A DNA stretch of 63,045 nt, the filler included, from Choristocarpus tenellus KU-1152 (taxonomy: Eukaryota > Protista > Phaeophyceae): assembly GCA_964200185.2 (NCBI GenBank). It is 11 parts of 11 records of this genome, joined end to end, with 100 filler letters (N's around TTAATTAATTAA, not from the genome) between each part and the next. Parts side by side here need not be neighbours in the genome. Positions count along the whole stretch, not along the records: positions 15,125 to 18,590 come from CAXNAD020019837.1; positions 18,691 to 24,732 come from CAXNAD020009093.1; positions 24,833 to 40,935 come from CAXNAD020000876.1; 8 more parts are not named here. One strand, given 5' to 3'. The position numbers and the translations under genes were made by a program. The notes under the pieces are model-generated. The model was not told where the DNA came from. It saw nothing but the letters and a program-made list of their open reading frames with translations, and ran no database searches. This document shows positions 16,098 to 29,343 of this stretch, in pieces; the stretch's first letter is position 1, and every line of letters begins with the position of its first letter.

Positions 16098-18690
16098 CAT
16101 CTACCTACTCCTGTATTTTGTATTTTGATTGAAGGTCGTTAGGAGAATCTCGAACACGCCTCCGTTGCTACCTAAAAGAAAACATCCTCTACAAATTGTT
16201 CTTGGAATATACACTCCGTAGTACCCCTCGACACATTTGGAAAATGTGAGAGAACAAAATATATATACAGTACATATTTTTCGGAGTTCAACAAAAAATA
16301 TTCACTTCAATAGTCACTCGTTATTGCACATAATCAACCACCTCGTCTGTTTCCAAGTACCCAACTGAATGAAGATGTGTGCTATTTCGCTACTCTTCAC
16401 TTTGGGGTGTTTTGACCTCCTGTTGCAGTCAGTGGTTGGGAACGCGAATCCTCACTATATCGAGGTTAGGGGCTAGGTTGTTTTAATTGTTCTTGGTGTG
16501 CATACCCAAACCCATGGAAGGTCAAGCCTTCATCCAGGAGTGCTCTCTACCAACCTCTTGTCTCTCCGTTCCCATGTACGGGCTTGCTTCAGCTATCACA
16601 ATCCTTTCCACGTGCTTTCTTTTAACCTAGCCATTTTGGAGGATTCCAAGGATCTCGAGGTTTTCTCATACGATGCTAATTCAAATCCCACTAATATCTA
16701 TTCCAGAATTGTGGGGGCTGGCGCCATTGCCTGGAGACCCAAGATGGGACCGAGCTTCCTCGGGGCTGGTTCGAATCATGGAACTCCACCATCCAGCCTA
16801 AGCTTGATGGACTGTTGAGTGTTTCTAGGCACCAGGAAGGGGCGGATTCCGGAACCCATCAAGGGTTATCTGTGATTATGGCGGGGGATTCGACTATCAT
16901 CCAACAGTTCCAGGTCTTGAGCGAGATCATCAGTCTCAGGAGCGATTACGTTCCCGTCGTTGGGGAGAATGCAGTCATTCGGAAGGTACGTGCTCTCATG
17001 GACCTGTTGACGTTTCATATCGTTGTGCATATCTTTCCGTGGTAAACGATCTGGACGGCGTGGCTTCTGGGATAGCAAAGGTTTCTGAAGGCTGGGCGTA
17101 CCATGACTGTTTTGTTGCATTCATTGCGTCGCGGCTATAAGCTGAATATGCTTATAGGTTTAGTTTGTGCCTCAGTAATTGCCGATTGGTTCAGTTGACT
17201 CCATTCGAACTATCGTGGATCAGGGCACGAGATCAAGTAATTGGTCAATACGACCTTTTATGATTCTTGGTATTTGCATTGAGAAGGACGCACATCCTTC
17301 CCAGTCGTGGCAGCCAGATCATCCTCCAGCCGCATCTCTTCCCAAGGAAGTCACAATTTGGGGGTGAAGCATCACAAGCACGAAATTAAAATTTCGATCT
17401 CCGATCACAATCCACCAACGCCTCTGCGAAACAAACTTTTGGTGCCTACATGCTGTGTATGCCTCATCTCGGAATAGATGCTGATTTAATCCAACCTGAA
17501 ATTCCTTTTGCGAACAACCTTTTTTTTGATGAGAAACCCTCACCGTATTACTGCCATAGAGAAAGTAGACCATGTGCTTCTCGTATGGTGCATGAGCACG
17601 TGGCAGGTATCATTTTACGATACCATCAGTCCCCCCTGTGGCCTGTGCACTTGTGTGAAAATACTCTCTCAGATAGACATCTCTATGTGAACATGGATAA
17701 AGAATATAGTGTAAATAATGCTTGAAAATGCAGTCTTACCTTTTTGTCACCCGAAGTGCTTTCAAGTTCCTGTAATCGTTACATTATTACATTCGCCTCA
17801 GCAATTCCAACCTCGTGATCACACACATAACCTCCAATTTACCTGCACATCATCTTACACAGTTCCTTGCCCAGATAAAACTCCAGCAAGAGTTATGCAA
17901 CGTCTTCACAGACACCCCTCAAGCCCTACCTTCAAATGAACAACTTCCCCATGACATCAATGTGTACATAATAACGATCACAGAAGTATGAGTGCAGCTA
18001 CGGTGGCGCAAGGAACACGCCTGGTTCGGTGACATTTGTCTTTGTACGTATTTTTGAGGCTTGCTTTCTGCAAGGGAATAGCCCACTTCTACAGGGGGCC
18101 TACGCCCTTTACTTTGGTTGTGGACTGCACTTGCTGCACCTCATTCCCTATCAGGGTCCTGCCAACCTCTCGCAGGCGTTGCATAGGTGAGTACCCTCTC
18201 TTTGTTCTGAGTCTCTCCAGTTGGTAAATCGTGTACGCAGGGGACTCTCCTGTACTCGGAGAATTGACGCTCGAATTTGGTGTGTGTGCTGTTGTACTCT
18301 GAAGAGTGCAGACGTATTTTTATTTTGCAGTGAGTATACATCCAAGTATACATCCAAGTGCTGGGTAAATGTACTCGACAGCGTGCTTCCGATATGCAGT
18401 AGTGTGTATGCATGCACACGGTGGTTAGTTTAGTGACCCATCATGTGCATGATCATGTTATTGTGTGGCACGGTGAAACTGTCATTGACAGTATGGGTCA
18501 AAGTATCTGGGGGGGGGGGGGGGGGGGGGCCGGGGGGGGCGGAGTTTTGTCTGTTTCCAGTTTTTGTGTCTTTGGTTGTAGTTCTTTGGTNNNNNNNNNN
18601 NNNNNNNNNNNNNNNNNNNNNNNNNNNNNNNNNNTTAATTAATTAANNNNNNNNNNNNNNNNNNNNNNNNNNNNNNNNNNNNNNNNNNNN

Positions 18691-18899
18691 CTTGGCTTCC
18701 CATGTGTTTTTTTAGGACAATTTCCTACTCCAAAATGTTTTGGAGTAGGTAAAATGTATACGTTATGAAGAGGTGTGTCAGAAACAAGGATATTAACCCT
18801 AACCCTAACAAACACGATGGACAAAATTACATCAAAACCACAACATTGGATTTTGATCCCCAAATGGACGCGGCCTTACCCTCTAAGATACTTTGGCTC
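18691..18899. mobile_element. MITE family B (truncated by contig start)
   Basis: Ends TACCCTCTAAGATACTTTGGCTC; internal CCTACTCCAAAATGTTTTGGAGTAGG palindrome. Confidence 0.85.
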
Positions 18900-18966
18900 T
18901 ATTGGACCATAGCAACAACAATGTCATTCCATTGGCAGAAACAATTGATCATGAATAAATTGCAAG

Positions 18967-21900
18967 GTGACTAGAGAGAGGATTCCTGCTCACAAATCAG
19001 CACCATGGGCAAAACACGCCTGCCTCAAGAGGTGCAACTGTATGCATGGGGTCCCTGAAGACAGTTCTGCTTATGTCCCGGTCGAGGTGTGTGCTTCATC
19101 ACATTAACAACAAAATTTACCTCATGCTGTGTTGTGCAATGATTGATGCAAGAATTTTGGGTTCCTCCCTAAGGTTTCTGCTGTGTGGTATAGCGGTATA
19201 GCGGTGTTCCACTAACCCTAACCCTATGGTGCTAGAGTATGAGTACTTAATAATTTGGTTCATGGCAGTTCATTTTTATGATTAGCATGTGATGCATGCT
19301 TGCTGCTATGTCAAATCTCATGTATTTTTTCATTCTGTCCCTCCATTTTCCTCTTCAGGAGGATCGAAGAATAGGGGGAGTGAAAGTTCGCACCGAGGCT
19401 CCCACAGGGCCAGAGCTAGAAGACGAAAATAGGGTTCGGCATGAAATCTTCCCCCCACCCCCCGGTGTGGACATCCTTATGAATTTGAATATTATGGCAT
19501 ATTCCAACAACTTATCAAGTGTGTGGTATTGGCAGTAATAATAACATGCAAAGATGATTAACAAGTGCTCCCATTGGTCGCTGAGATTCTTCAGCTCCAT
19601 TCAGAACCGTAAATCTGTTCCTGATGCTAATAACAATCCAAAACCCAACCCTATCCCTGGTCATAGGGTTTAAATCTCAGCTTGGCACACGCTCATACTT
19701 GGTCAGTCCAAGACCTCTCCCTTGGAAATGCTGTCACAATTGTTCCACATGCTCCCCATGCTCTGACTCAACCCAACTTGGTGCCTAACAGAATCTTTAC
19801 ATTTGTTTGCTTAGCACCATTTCCCCCAAGACGTTGTCATCTACGACATCAAAGAATTACCTGGATGTCATCTTGAACTTCCTTCCATGGTGTAATAAAT
19901 TCAGATGTCCACAGTAGAGAGGTGCCCCGAATAAGTGAGTATGAAATGCTGAGGTGCCCAATCGGCGATAATTCCCTCCATTCATCCCCTTTCTATTATT
20001 TCTGCCGATCTTGATGCCTCTTTTCTTAGGAGCAATGCGAATTTTCTTTGAGTATTTGGATGCCCGAGCCTTGGCCAGCAGCGTCCATGTCAGCACAACA
20101 TGGTGAGTACTCATACCACCTTGCCCTCCATCGCCATTGCCCATATTGTAGTCACATCTATCCAATGTTTGTTGGATCGTGACATTTGAGCAGAAGAGGT
20201 GAATTTGTTGGTGGTGCTACAGATTTCTAACAAACAGAAGTGGAACTAAATTTTCCTCAAGCCAAACCTCCCAAGAATATGTAAGGTCAGTCAGACGACT
20301 TAAAAAAACGTGACTATTTTCCAATAGAATATTACCATATCCACAGTATCAGGCATGCTTGTATAGTTGAATACAGGTTCCAAATTGGCCATTGGAACTT
20401 GATTCAATAATTTTCAATACATGTATGCATGTATGGGTTTTGCTGCATTCCCTATTGCTACGAGTGAGTGATTGCTTCAATAGAGAGACTCTTTCACCTA
20501 TGGACGTCAACTCTGCCAAGGTAAAAATAAGTTCCGTAAGCAAATTGCTTGTCATGCAATTCAAACAACTGTCCAAGGCTATGAGAATCTTGGACATTAG
20601 CGCAACATTCCCAAAATTAGCGTGGACTTTACTGTCATACATTCTACAATAGGCTCAAAGTATCTAGGGGGGGTGACAGCTGTCCATTTGGGGTCAATTT
20701 TTTTATGTTGCAATTTTTTTTTCGTAATTTGGTTGCATGTGTCGGATGGATAATGTAGCTGCACTTTTCCTGGTTGTGACTCAAATGGACACTCTGGCGT
20801 AGACCCCCTTCCCCCCAGATACTTTGGGTCCCACTAGTTCCCAAACTTAGGAGATGTGAAGTGTTCTGGTACCACAGGAATTCTGCGTGCGAAAAGATGC
20901 CAAAGGCGTGAAGCAGGACTTAATTATCTATGCCACACTACTCTTCCTACTCTTGAACAAGTTGGTCCATCTCTTATCAACAACCGTCTCTCTCAGGAGA
21001 ACAGAATGCTATAGTACAGAGGAAAATGGACTGCCTGTACATTCCACGTACAGTGGCATCGATGGAATGGTCCTAGAGTCCGCACTTGATGCGCACGACA
21101 ACAAGGTAAAGAGGTGGAAAGGAATGTCCCGTAATTTCCCTTGTACCTACTCAATGGTGGATTTTGTTTTTGTACGCAACTCAAAGTGTTTATATAAATC
21201 AATGCACTCAATTTATCTCATTGGGCTCTAGCCTCAATGAGAAAAAAAAGAAGTATACATATATATACATATGTATGTATACATATGCGGTGTATGTGAG
21301 TGGAAGCAGAGGATATGTTTGTTGTTGCAGCATCTAAAGTTTTTTGGTGTATATGCAGGTGGGTGGAGAGTGGTATTACGCAATAATCGGTAAAATTGAC
21401 TTAATTGAGATTCCAAGTGAAGGAGTGGCATTCTAGTGCACATACATAGATGTGACTGCAATTTTCTTGTGTGAAACCTCACCGTGTGACGTGCTGCTTG
21501 TACAGGTGTGTACCTTGCTCGTAGTGCACAAAAAAGCGATTTGGTTGTTGCGCAGTATGAATCTAGATATGCCAAGATTAAGAGAGACTTGTTTTTTCGT
21601 CAATGCTACAAGAAACACTACGCTGGAGTGCAAAATGATTCAACACCTTTTGCTCTTCTGTCTCCAACAGCATGGCATAGAATACGCTCAATGGTTGTGA
21701 GAGAGTGAGCCCTCATGTCCACTAATCGTCTGTGAAAATCGTATACCTCACACAGGTAGATGCCCTGTTCTATATCCAACCGCCCTTTGGCAGCCGTGGC
21801 CACCTGTTTACTGCTGGGCAGAAGACAGTAGCAGTGTGGGAATTCACGGGGCATGAGGTCTGTTTTCTTATGGTTTTATCATTTCAATACACTCTAAGGA

Positions 21901-22453
21901 GAGACAAAAAAATATTGTAAGGTACAATAGTCAAATGATTATACCTTCAAAGATTTAGTGGCAGTATAGCTCCACAAGTACAGACCAATTGAAGTTGCTC
22001 ATCACCCCTATGCTTCTCTTAAGATGTGCTCATACATGAATAAGATAATCAAGGAATTGCCATCTTGGTTGCCTTTGCAATGATTTGATAGGTGATGATC
22101 ATAGCTCAGTCCACAGAGCCTGTGTAGAGCGTTACTATTAGAGGGATTAGCAACATCGGGTCCCACTTGCAAATCACAATACATCTAGCGACCTGCTCCT
22201 TCACCAGAGACCCAAAGTATCTGGGGGGGCGGGCGGGGGGGGGTTACACCAGGGTGTCCATTAGGGCCATAACCAGGAAACGTGCACTTACCTTATCCAT
22301 CCAACGTACGCGACCAAGTCACCCAAAAATTGCGACATGAAAGAATTCAACCCAAATGGACAGCCGCCACCCCCTCCGAGATAATTCGAGCCAGATCCCC
22401 TTATCAATATCTTGTGGTCGAGAGTACGCTTGCCAGCTTTATTCAAGGATATA

Positions 22454-22499
<46 letters not shown>

Positions 22500-23857
22500 G
22501 ACTTAGTGCGCCTAACTAAGGAAATCATAATCACCCTCATATCTTCCTCTTCCTGGCTCAACATTCCAAACGAATTTCTTTCCTCCAAAATTTGAAGAAA
22601 CAACATCATCATGTCACAACTGGTTTTCACCACTTCAACAACTTGCTCCAACTCTGCTTTTCCATTTCCGATCTTAGATACAGTGACTACAGAATAGGCA
22701 ACATTGTCCCGATAGTTGATAAGATTGACGCCGTCCTGCCGCCAGGATATTGCCCAAAGTGCTGAACCTACTCTCAAAGCAAGGGGCACAAAACGTACAC
22801 CAACTACCTCCAGCTACATGTTCGACAAGATTTTTAGTGCTCTGTAGTAGTGCTCTGGAGTAGTTCACAGTTATGCTTAGTTGTAGAGTACCTAATACCT
22901 CTTGGGAATTGACTTACATCAATTTCAATTTCCCTGTAACAGAATGCAAGCAGCATTGAGGAATCTGAGATGTCCATTACCCTCGCATCCAAGGCATCTG
23001 TTGCTGCTGGAGCAGAAGGTGAGTACAAGCGCACGCACAACATGCCCTAAGCTACCCAAGATTTATTGTATCTGTCACACATTTGCAGCGTCAGGCCAAC
23101 ACAGCACCACTGTTCCAGATAGTGGAAGATGGCATAACACAAGAGACTCAATGAGTATGTTATACCTGCCACCCAACCAACCGACCAAGACGTGGTGGAT
23201 GTAATAATAATAATAATAATAACAATAATAATAGTAATAATAATAGTAATAATAATAGTAATAATAACGGTAACAATAATAATAATAAAATGATGTGTAC
23301 AAGTACGTTGAACGTCCGAAGCTCATTAATTATTATTAATTTCGAAAATGTCCACAAATATACTAGAACGACTGGCTCTTAAGCGCTAGATATGCACAAG
23401 CTACCCGTAAGAGTTGGAAAATGTTTAGGCAAATCTTGGTTGGGGTGCAAAACCCTGTGCTCACAAACATGCACTCATCACAAGAAAATTATGAGTATGA
23501 TCACCTGGTAATGGAAATGCACAAACTCCATTTCATATCTTGTCCTACTTTTTGTCTTGAGTATCTAGCTTGGGTGGCATAGACCTTTTCCACATTTTGG
23601 GTATGATCAAACCTTACAGGGCTCTGCATCTAATTTAACTCCCAGCACTGCAATATTTGAAGAACGGCTTGAGATTTTGATGGGTGTACTTCCTAGCAAT
23701 TTGTTTTCTGAGTAAAAAGCTTGTCTAACCGCTTATGACAAAGTACAGCTGATTCGCCTCACACAATAGACGTTACAAATCCGTCTGATGTGGATATTTC
23801 AGGAAGTTCTGTGCCTTGCAATGTGTAAAATACACATGACTCACCCTGCACAACCCA
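18967..23857 (+). CDS. Multi-exon gene with WD40-like segments (internal part)
   Basis: Exons 18967-19086 (VTRERIPAHK..CLKRCNC), 19359-about 19435 (EDRRIGG..; donor uncertain), 20997-21105 (..LDAHDNK), 21756-21857 (VDALFYIQ..LFTAGQKTVAVWEF), 22943-23018, and tentatively 23807-23857 (VLCLAMC). The AH..V..L...LFTAG...V.VW pattern resembles a WD40 blade. Confidence 0.6.
20652..20830. mobile_element. MITE family A (no TSD visible)
   Basis: GGCTCAAAGTATCT...AGATACTTTGGGTC; flanks AATA and CCAC do not match. Confidence 0.85.
22209..22392. mobile_element. MITE family A, 3-bp TSD AGA
   Basis: GACCCAAAGTATCTG...GAGATAATTCGAGCC; AGA on both flanks. Confidence 0.85.
22457..22496. repeat. (TA)n microsatellite
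   Basis: Directly visible. Confidence 0.9.
23202..23289. repeat. (TAA/TAG)n microsatellite
   Basis: Directly visible; source of the spurious poly-Y and poly-L ORFs. Confidence 0.9.
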
Positions 23858-24294
23858 GTGAGTAAAGCGTTGCGTGAATATCGTAAAAAACAAAAAAACA
23901 AAAAAATTCGGAGCAACAGGACAACTCACGATACGGGAAGTACGGAGATGGATCTACTGAACATTGCTCAGATTTTATTGTTTTGATGTGCTTAAAGCTC
24001 CTCCTGTGACATTCTTCTTGTTCGTCGTGGCTGTAAGGAAACCTTACACGTGACTTCCTTCTTCTTTTTTTTCAGTAGTACAAAAACGTCTCTTTCTTGC
24101 ATGCACACTCAAATGCAGAAACAAAAATTGATACCCACGTCAATGTTGACATCAATGGAATGGACCTACGACAGTTCCACTCAATCTCAGTTCGTGGTAT
24201 ATGCGAATGAGTCACGCAAATAGGGAAGAAACGCGAAAATCGGCACAATATCCTTGGACAGGCATGTATCATTTTTTCCGAATGAAAAATCCAT

Positions 24295-24538
24295 GGTACG
24301 AGTTTTGCCCTGTTCCTCCGCTTGGGGCTTGGCTTCCCATGGATTTTTTTTATGACATTTTCCTGCTCCAAAATATTGAGAAGTAGGTAAAATGTACGCC
24401 TTACGAAAAAGTGTAACCGAAACATTGATATTGACACTTCCTAACAAACACGATAGCCAAAATTACATCAGAATCGCAACATTGAATTTTGACCCCCCAA
24501 ATGGACGCAGGGCTCTACCCTCTAAGATACTTTTGCTC
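24295..24538. mobile_element. MITE family B (one terminus lost)
   Basis: GGTACGAGTTTTGCCC...TACCCTCTAAGATACTTTTGCTC. Confidence 0.8.
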
Positions 24539-24832
24539 TTCCCTCCATTGCAAGAAGTAGGTCTATCAGAGATAAACTTTGTTGAAACAGAGTCAACACC
24601 CCACCAAACCTAACAGCCTGAACACCACGTGCAGCATTCCGATTCCGCCAAAAAAAAAAAAAACCAACCCCCGGTGATCTCGTACGGAGACCCCGGCGAA
24701 ACAGACCCCGCACAAGAGCCAATGCCATCTCCNNNNNNNNNNNNNNNNNNNNNNNNNNNNNNNNNNNNNNNNNNNNTTAATTAATTAANNNNNNNNNNNN
24801 NNNNNNNNNNNNNNNNNNNNNNNNNNNNNNNN

Positions 24833-25511
24833 CCCCCGCCTTGTCCTCTGGATTCAACCAGGCCACTCCCTCCGCCCCCCTCCCCCCCACTGAAAAAGGT
24901 GGATGACATTATCCCAGGTGACAAAGAGCTCTTACCCTTTTGTGCCTGCTCCTGGCTCACCACCGAGGGGGTTGCAATCGAAGACCCCTCCCCCCCCACC
25001 GTCCCTCCAACAGCTGCATTTCTTGCGTGACCCTGCGTCAGGGGTGCCGATCCCTGACCTGGAGTTTGCCCTGCCCCTGTACTATGAACTCCACCCGGGG
25101 GCTGCTGCAAGGCATCCAGGCCCTGTTGTTGCAGACTCCCCGTGGCAAGCATTGCCTGCTGACCTGAAACCTCACCCGGCTGGATCTGTCCAAGAACGTT
25201 CCATGCCCTGGTCCCTCCACTCCCCAGGCCTCCGGCTCCACTGCTGTTGGTTCCTGGAGCGTTCTCACTGTTAGTACCACTGGCACCACCACTACCTCCA
25301 GCAGAGGATGTACTGGCAGGATTGGCAAGATAGCCCACAGAGGCCATTTGGACACGCAGTTGGGCTGGTAGCATGAAGTTGAGTTGCTGCACAGCACGCA
25401 AGGAGTGAAGGGTGCAAGGGAGGGAGACGTGACAGGGGCGGGATGTAAACGGGATGTCAAAAACTCAATCACATGACATATCTCAGAACATGTACTCAAA
25501 ATACATTTATG

Positions 25512-25552
<41 letters not shown>

Positions 25553-27704
25553 CTTCTCCAGTACGATCTGTGTAATACAACAGCTTTGTGGAAAAGTAAT
25601 TCAGGCTGAACATTGTGGTAGAGACCCCTGCTGACTGTTTGGGAGTATCTGACAGTGACAACGTGACCCTGAAACAAGGTGTGACAGTCACATGTACATA
25701 CACGTATGAGTAGTACAGTATTAGTAGCATCAATAGTTTGCATATCAAGAAGGGAAAAAAAAAGGTTTGAGACAATTCAATCGATTCCCGTGAAACTTAG
25801 AGTGGGTTAGAGCAGGAACGCCCATCGGAGATGTTTCTCGATTGATGGGTAAACTCTAAAACTGTGCTGTCAGTTTGTCCCCACGGGGCACTGCAACGTA
25901 CAATCTTGCTTTTTGCAATCCCATCAACGCCTGAAACAAAACCAAAAGATCGAAGAGCTTGGAATCAGGTCGCATTTGCTTCAACACGAACGAACGAAAG
26001 GAGGGTAAGCACATGCATCAAACCCACTGTGCCATAACTATGCTCCATTGCAACATTTTTCGGTCCTACACAAATCTAAGGGAGGGGTCAACAGCCATGC
26101 AGAAATAATATCAACAAGTGCAGTTCAATTTACAGGTAGGCCCAGTGCAGAGCCCAATGGCCCGAGCGAATTCACTGCAACAACAAAGACGGAACATCTC
26201 ATGAACGAGCTCCGAGGGCACTCATCTGACATACAGACAATTACAGAAAGCCCTTGCCATGCAAGCGCTTACAATCAAAAGCACTTGCACATGTGTTCTA
26301 TCTACTTCAGGATGAATTGAAGTATGTATATCCAAGAGGAGGAAAGGGGAGCAAAATGAAACTATGTATCGACAATGTGTCAGACCAAAAGGGGAGAGGA
26401 CAACGTACTATTACAGGGCACTGGTGCCTACTGTGAACAGGTCACACACATGTGGTGTCACTCAGACGATGGCATTGGGTCCGTTAAAAACTCAACAGTC
26501 AGGGTGTAATGGAGGGTATGAGAAAGTGTTGCTTGCTACACAACAGCAGCCACCTCCAGGTATGAGGGTGGGGTACATTTGGGGAGTGGCAAGGACTACC
26601 GCAAAGGAGAGAGGAATTGTGGTCATTGGGAAAGAGGAGTTCAGAAGCGGGCAAGGACATGATACCTGAAGCACAAACAATTGTCAACTGCTCAGATAAT
26701 CTCATGTTGGGAGACAAAACAGAGAGAGACCCTAACTTGTCTCCTTCATCCACATATCAACTAAACACAACAGCACCACATACACTTAAGGTCAACCCAG
26801 ATCCATGTGCTTCCCACTCCTGCCCTCTCCCTGCTTTCTGACATGAAACTTGACCAAATGAAAATGATCGTTCACATGCCAAGCCACCTATTTTATCGCA
26901 TGGATTTAGGAGTGTGCATGACCAAGGCGATAGGATCTCAACCACTCTCCTAAACAGGGATGCAGCTGAAACCCACAAAAAAATGTCATCCCTGTAACAG
27001 AAATGTTACCTGCTGATCTTGAGCAGGCAGCTGCTGCTGAATATTCTGACCCTGTCCCTGTGTGTCCGAATCCTGCAGTGACCCATCAGTGATAGCTGGC
27101 ATCCCCTGCACCCCCTGCACNNNNNNNNNNGCACCCCCTGCACCCCTTGCACTCCTTGCCCCCACTGCCCTGCCCCTACAACTACCCCTCCTCCAGCTGC
27201 AGCACCCCCGACCCCCACTCCAAAGACATCTTGCTCAACTATGGGAGACTGGTTTATACCAAAGCTGTTCAGTCCCTGCAGATTTGTACCTAGGCCTCCC
27301 CCTGTCCCCAGCCCTGTCATTCCTGCCATGCCCCCAATAACACTCCCTGGAATGCCCACACCTAACCCTCCCCCACCCCCAGGTATACCCATCGCTCCTC
27401 CAGCAACAATTGACCCTCCAGCCTGCTGGCCAGGAGAAATGCCTGGGCCCTGCCCCGTTCCCTGGGGATCACTTAATGCAAAGTCGACTTGCCCCCCAGG
27501 CCTGTTAGGGAAGTTGAACATGTGTCCCTAGGCTTGATGTGTCTTAACTCCTCACGTATTCAGTCACATGAAGGTCTGAGCACTCTTGTCTACCACGAAC
27601 ATGAGATCACATGTGCGACAAAGTATGTGGGGTTCTCATACCTCGCCTGCACATCTCCTCTTCCTCGTTAGTTCGTCCTGCTGGGTGAAAGGGGATTTTA
27701 CTTT
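24833..27704 (-). CDS. Gly/Gln/Ser-rich low-complexity protein, possibly a transcriptional regulator (partial)
   Basis: Exons about 27704-27642 (KVKSPFTQQDELTRKRRCAGE), 27527-27010 (GHMFNFPNRPGG..(QGV)n..QDQQ) and 25386-24833 (QLNFMLPAQLRVQM..), with probable small exons near 25930-25902 and from 25668. No domain recognised. Confidence 0.6.
25515..25549. repeat. (GA)n microsatellite
   Basis: Directly visible; intronic. Confidence 0.9.
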
Positions 27705-29343
27705 CCTGAGTATCAGGTGGGCGAATATCAGTCATAATTTCGAGGACCTCAAACTGAAATTACCCCTGCTTTTATACATTCTCTATTCACTGCCAAAAAG
27801 TGTGGAGATGACTTTCCAGGATAATTATTCTAACTTAACTCACAAAAATGCCATTATGGTAGGGAACAAATAGGTGACCTTACGTTGATAGTCTCGTATG
27901 AGATTTTCGAGTCTTCAACTGAGCTCTCGATATGTAAACGCCAAAAAAACGAGCAAGTACTTTAACACTTCAACAATATGATCTTCTTCACTTAGACTCG
28001 CTGCGCGTAGCGAGATTTGAACCACCAATGACATCACCGCCTACGTTGCAAAGGCTTGAGTTTTTCTGAGTGCATCCGTCCGAGTCGTATAGCAAGTGTG
28101 AAAGTATACATGTCAAGGCAAGATTCCTCCAACAAATCGGAGGTCTCGATCAGTTTTCCGTTGTTTCCGCGCATACTTAGCATACTTAGCTCCCTCTGGC
28201 ACTTTACATGGTACAACTCTCTGAACTCATGTTTTGCCGTGGCAACGTACCTTCCCCAAAAGTATCATAGCCGATAGGAGCAAGGCAAATCATAGGGTGC
28301 AGATATTGCGACCATAGATTGGCATTACATTTTTAATGGTCCCCGCCTAATGGGGGGGCGGGGGGCCGTAGCTGTACACACCTTGATCCACTGAAAGGTT
28401 ACCACCAATAAATCGTTCATGAGATGTTTCTAGACGGTATGATCAGCAGAGAACACTACACTTTCTCCTGGTGGACGTAGCCAAGACATATTGACGATTA
28501 GAGCAACTCGAAGACATTTGAAGTACTTCCACGAACCTTGACCTAAATAGCCCACCCCAAATCAGATAGACAGACCCTTGGAACCTTACAGTTACAGTTG
28601 ATACTGCAAGGGTGCCGCCTAAGACACACTCTTTCGAGACGACACACTCCCTCATGAACAGCAGACATAATCACCATATTGGGCATGTTTGGTCTAAATT
28701 TTGACCCCCATCCCTTGAAGTCCGTCACACATATTCAGGCTGAGAAGTCATAAAATACCACGAGTTCCCCGATATCCACGTTCCACAACTCATCAGTGAG
28801 AGTCAGAGATGCCCGAAAATGACAAGACAACTTTATCAACTCTTGCGTATTTTTCATCCACCCTGCCCACCCAGACACCTATAAACAGACAGTACGTCTC
28901 TCGCCTTCTGGTTCCTAGTCAATGAAGTCAAGGTGCAACGTGCGTCAATCCGAACTCCCTTTCACTTATCCACCTTCATAAGTGTCTCACCTCGAACCTG
29001 CACCGACTTATGCAGCGATATCCTTTGTTTCTGCCCAAGAAAGCCACCCTTTCCTTTCATTTGATAGGGGGAGTATATCTCTTCGACTCTCAATGCCTAA
29101 AGTGTAACACCTACACCTTTGCCTTCCATCTCTGAAGCCCTAATCCTATCCTAATTTTCCACGGTATAATATAGAAGTAAGAGTTTTGGAGTTGTCATCT
29201 ATTTAAAATTTGGATACCGTCAACCAAATTGTGGTCAGTCTATTCACAATTCCCCCATCCTTTGTCACATACAAGAACAAATCAACCAACTCAAATATTC
29301 AATTCAGGAAAGTCCTCAACTGCTGAAGTTCAAACAGAACGAC

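Noticed and set aside
15180-18480. Possible genes in this contig (for example ORFs 15521..15706 and 16866..17120)
   Set aside because: Frames contain stops, no motif is recognisable and no consistent exon chain could be built; probably decayed transposon sequence.
23075-23357. Poly-Tyr and poly-Leu ORFs
   Set aside because: Products of the (TAA)n microsatellite.
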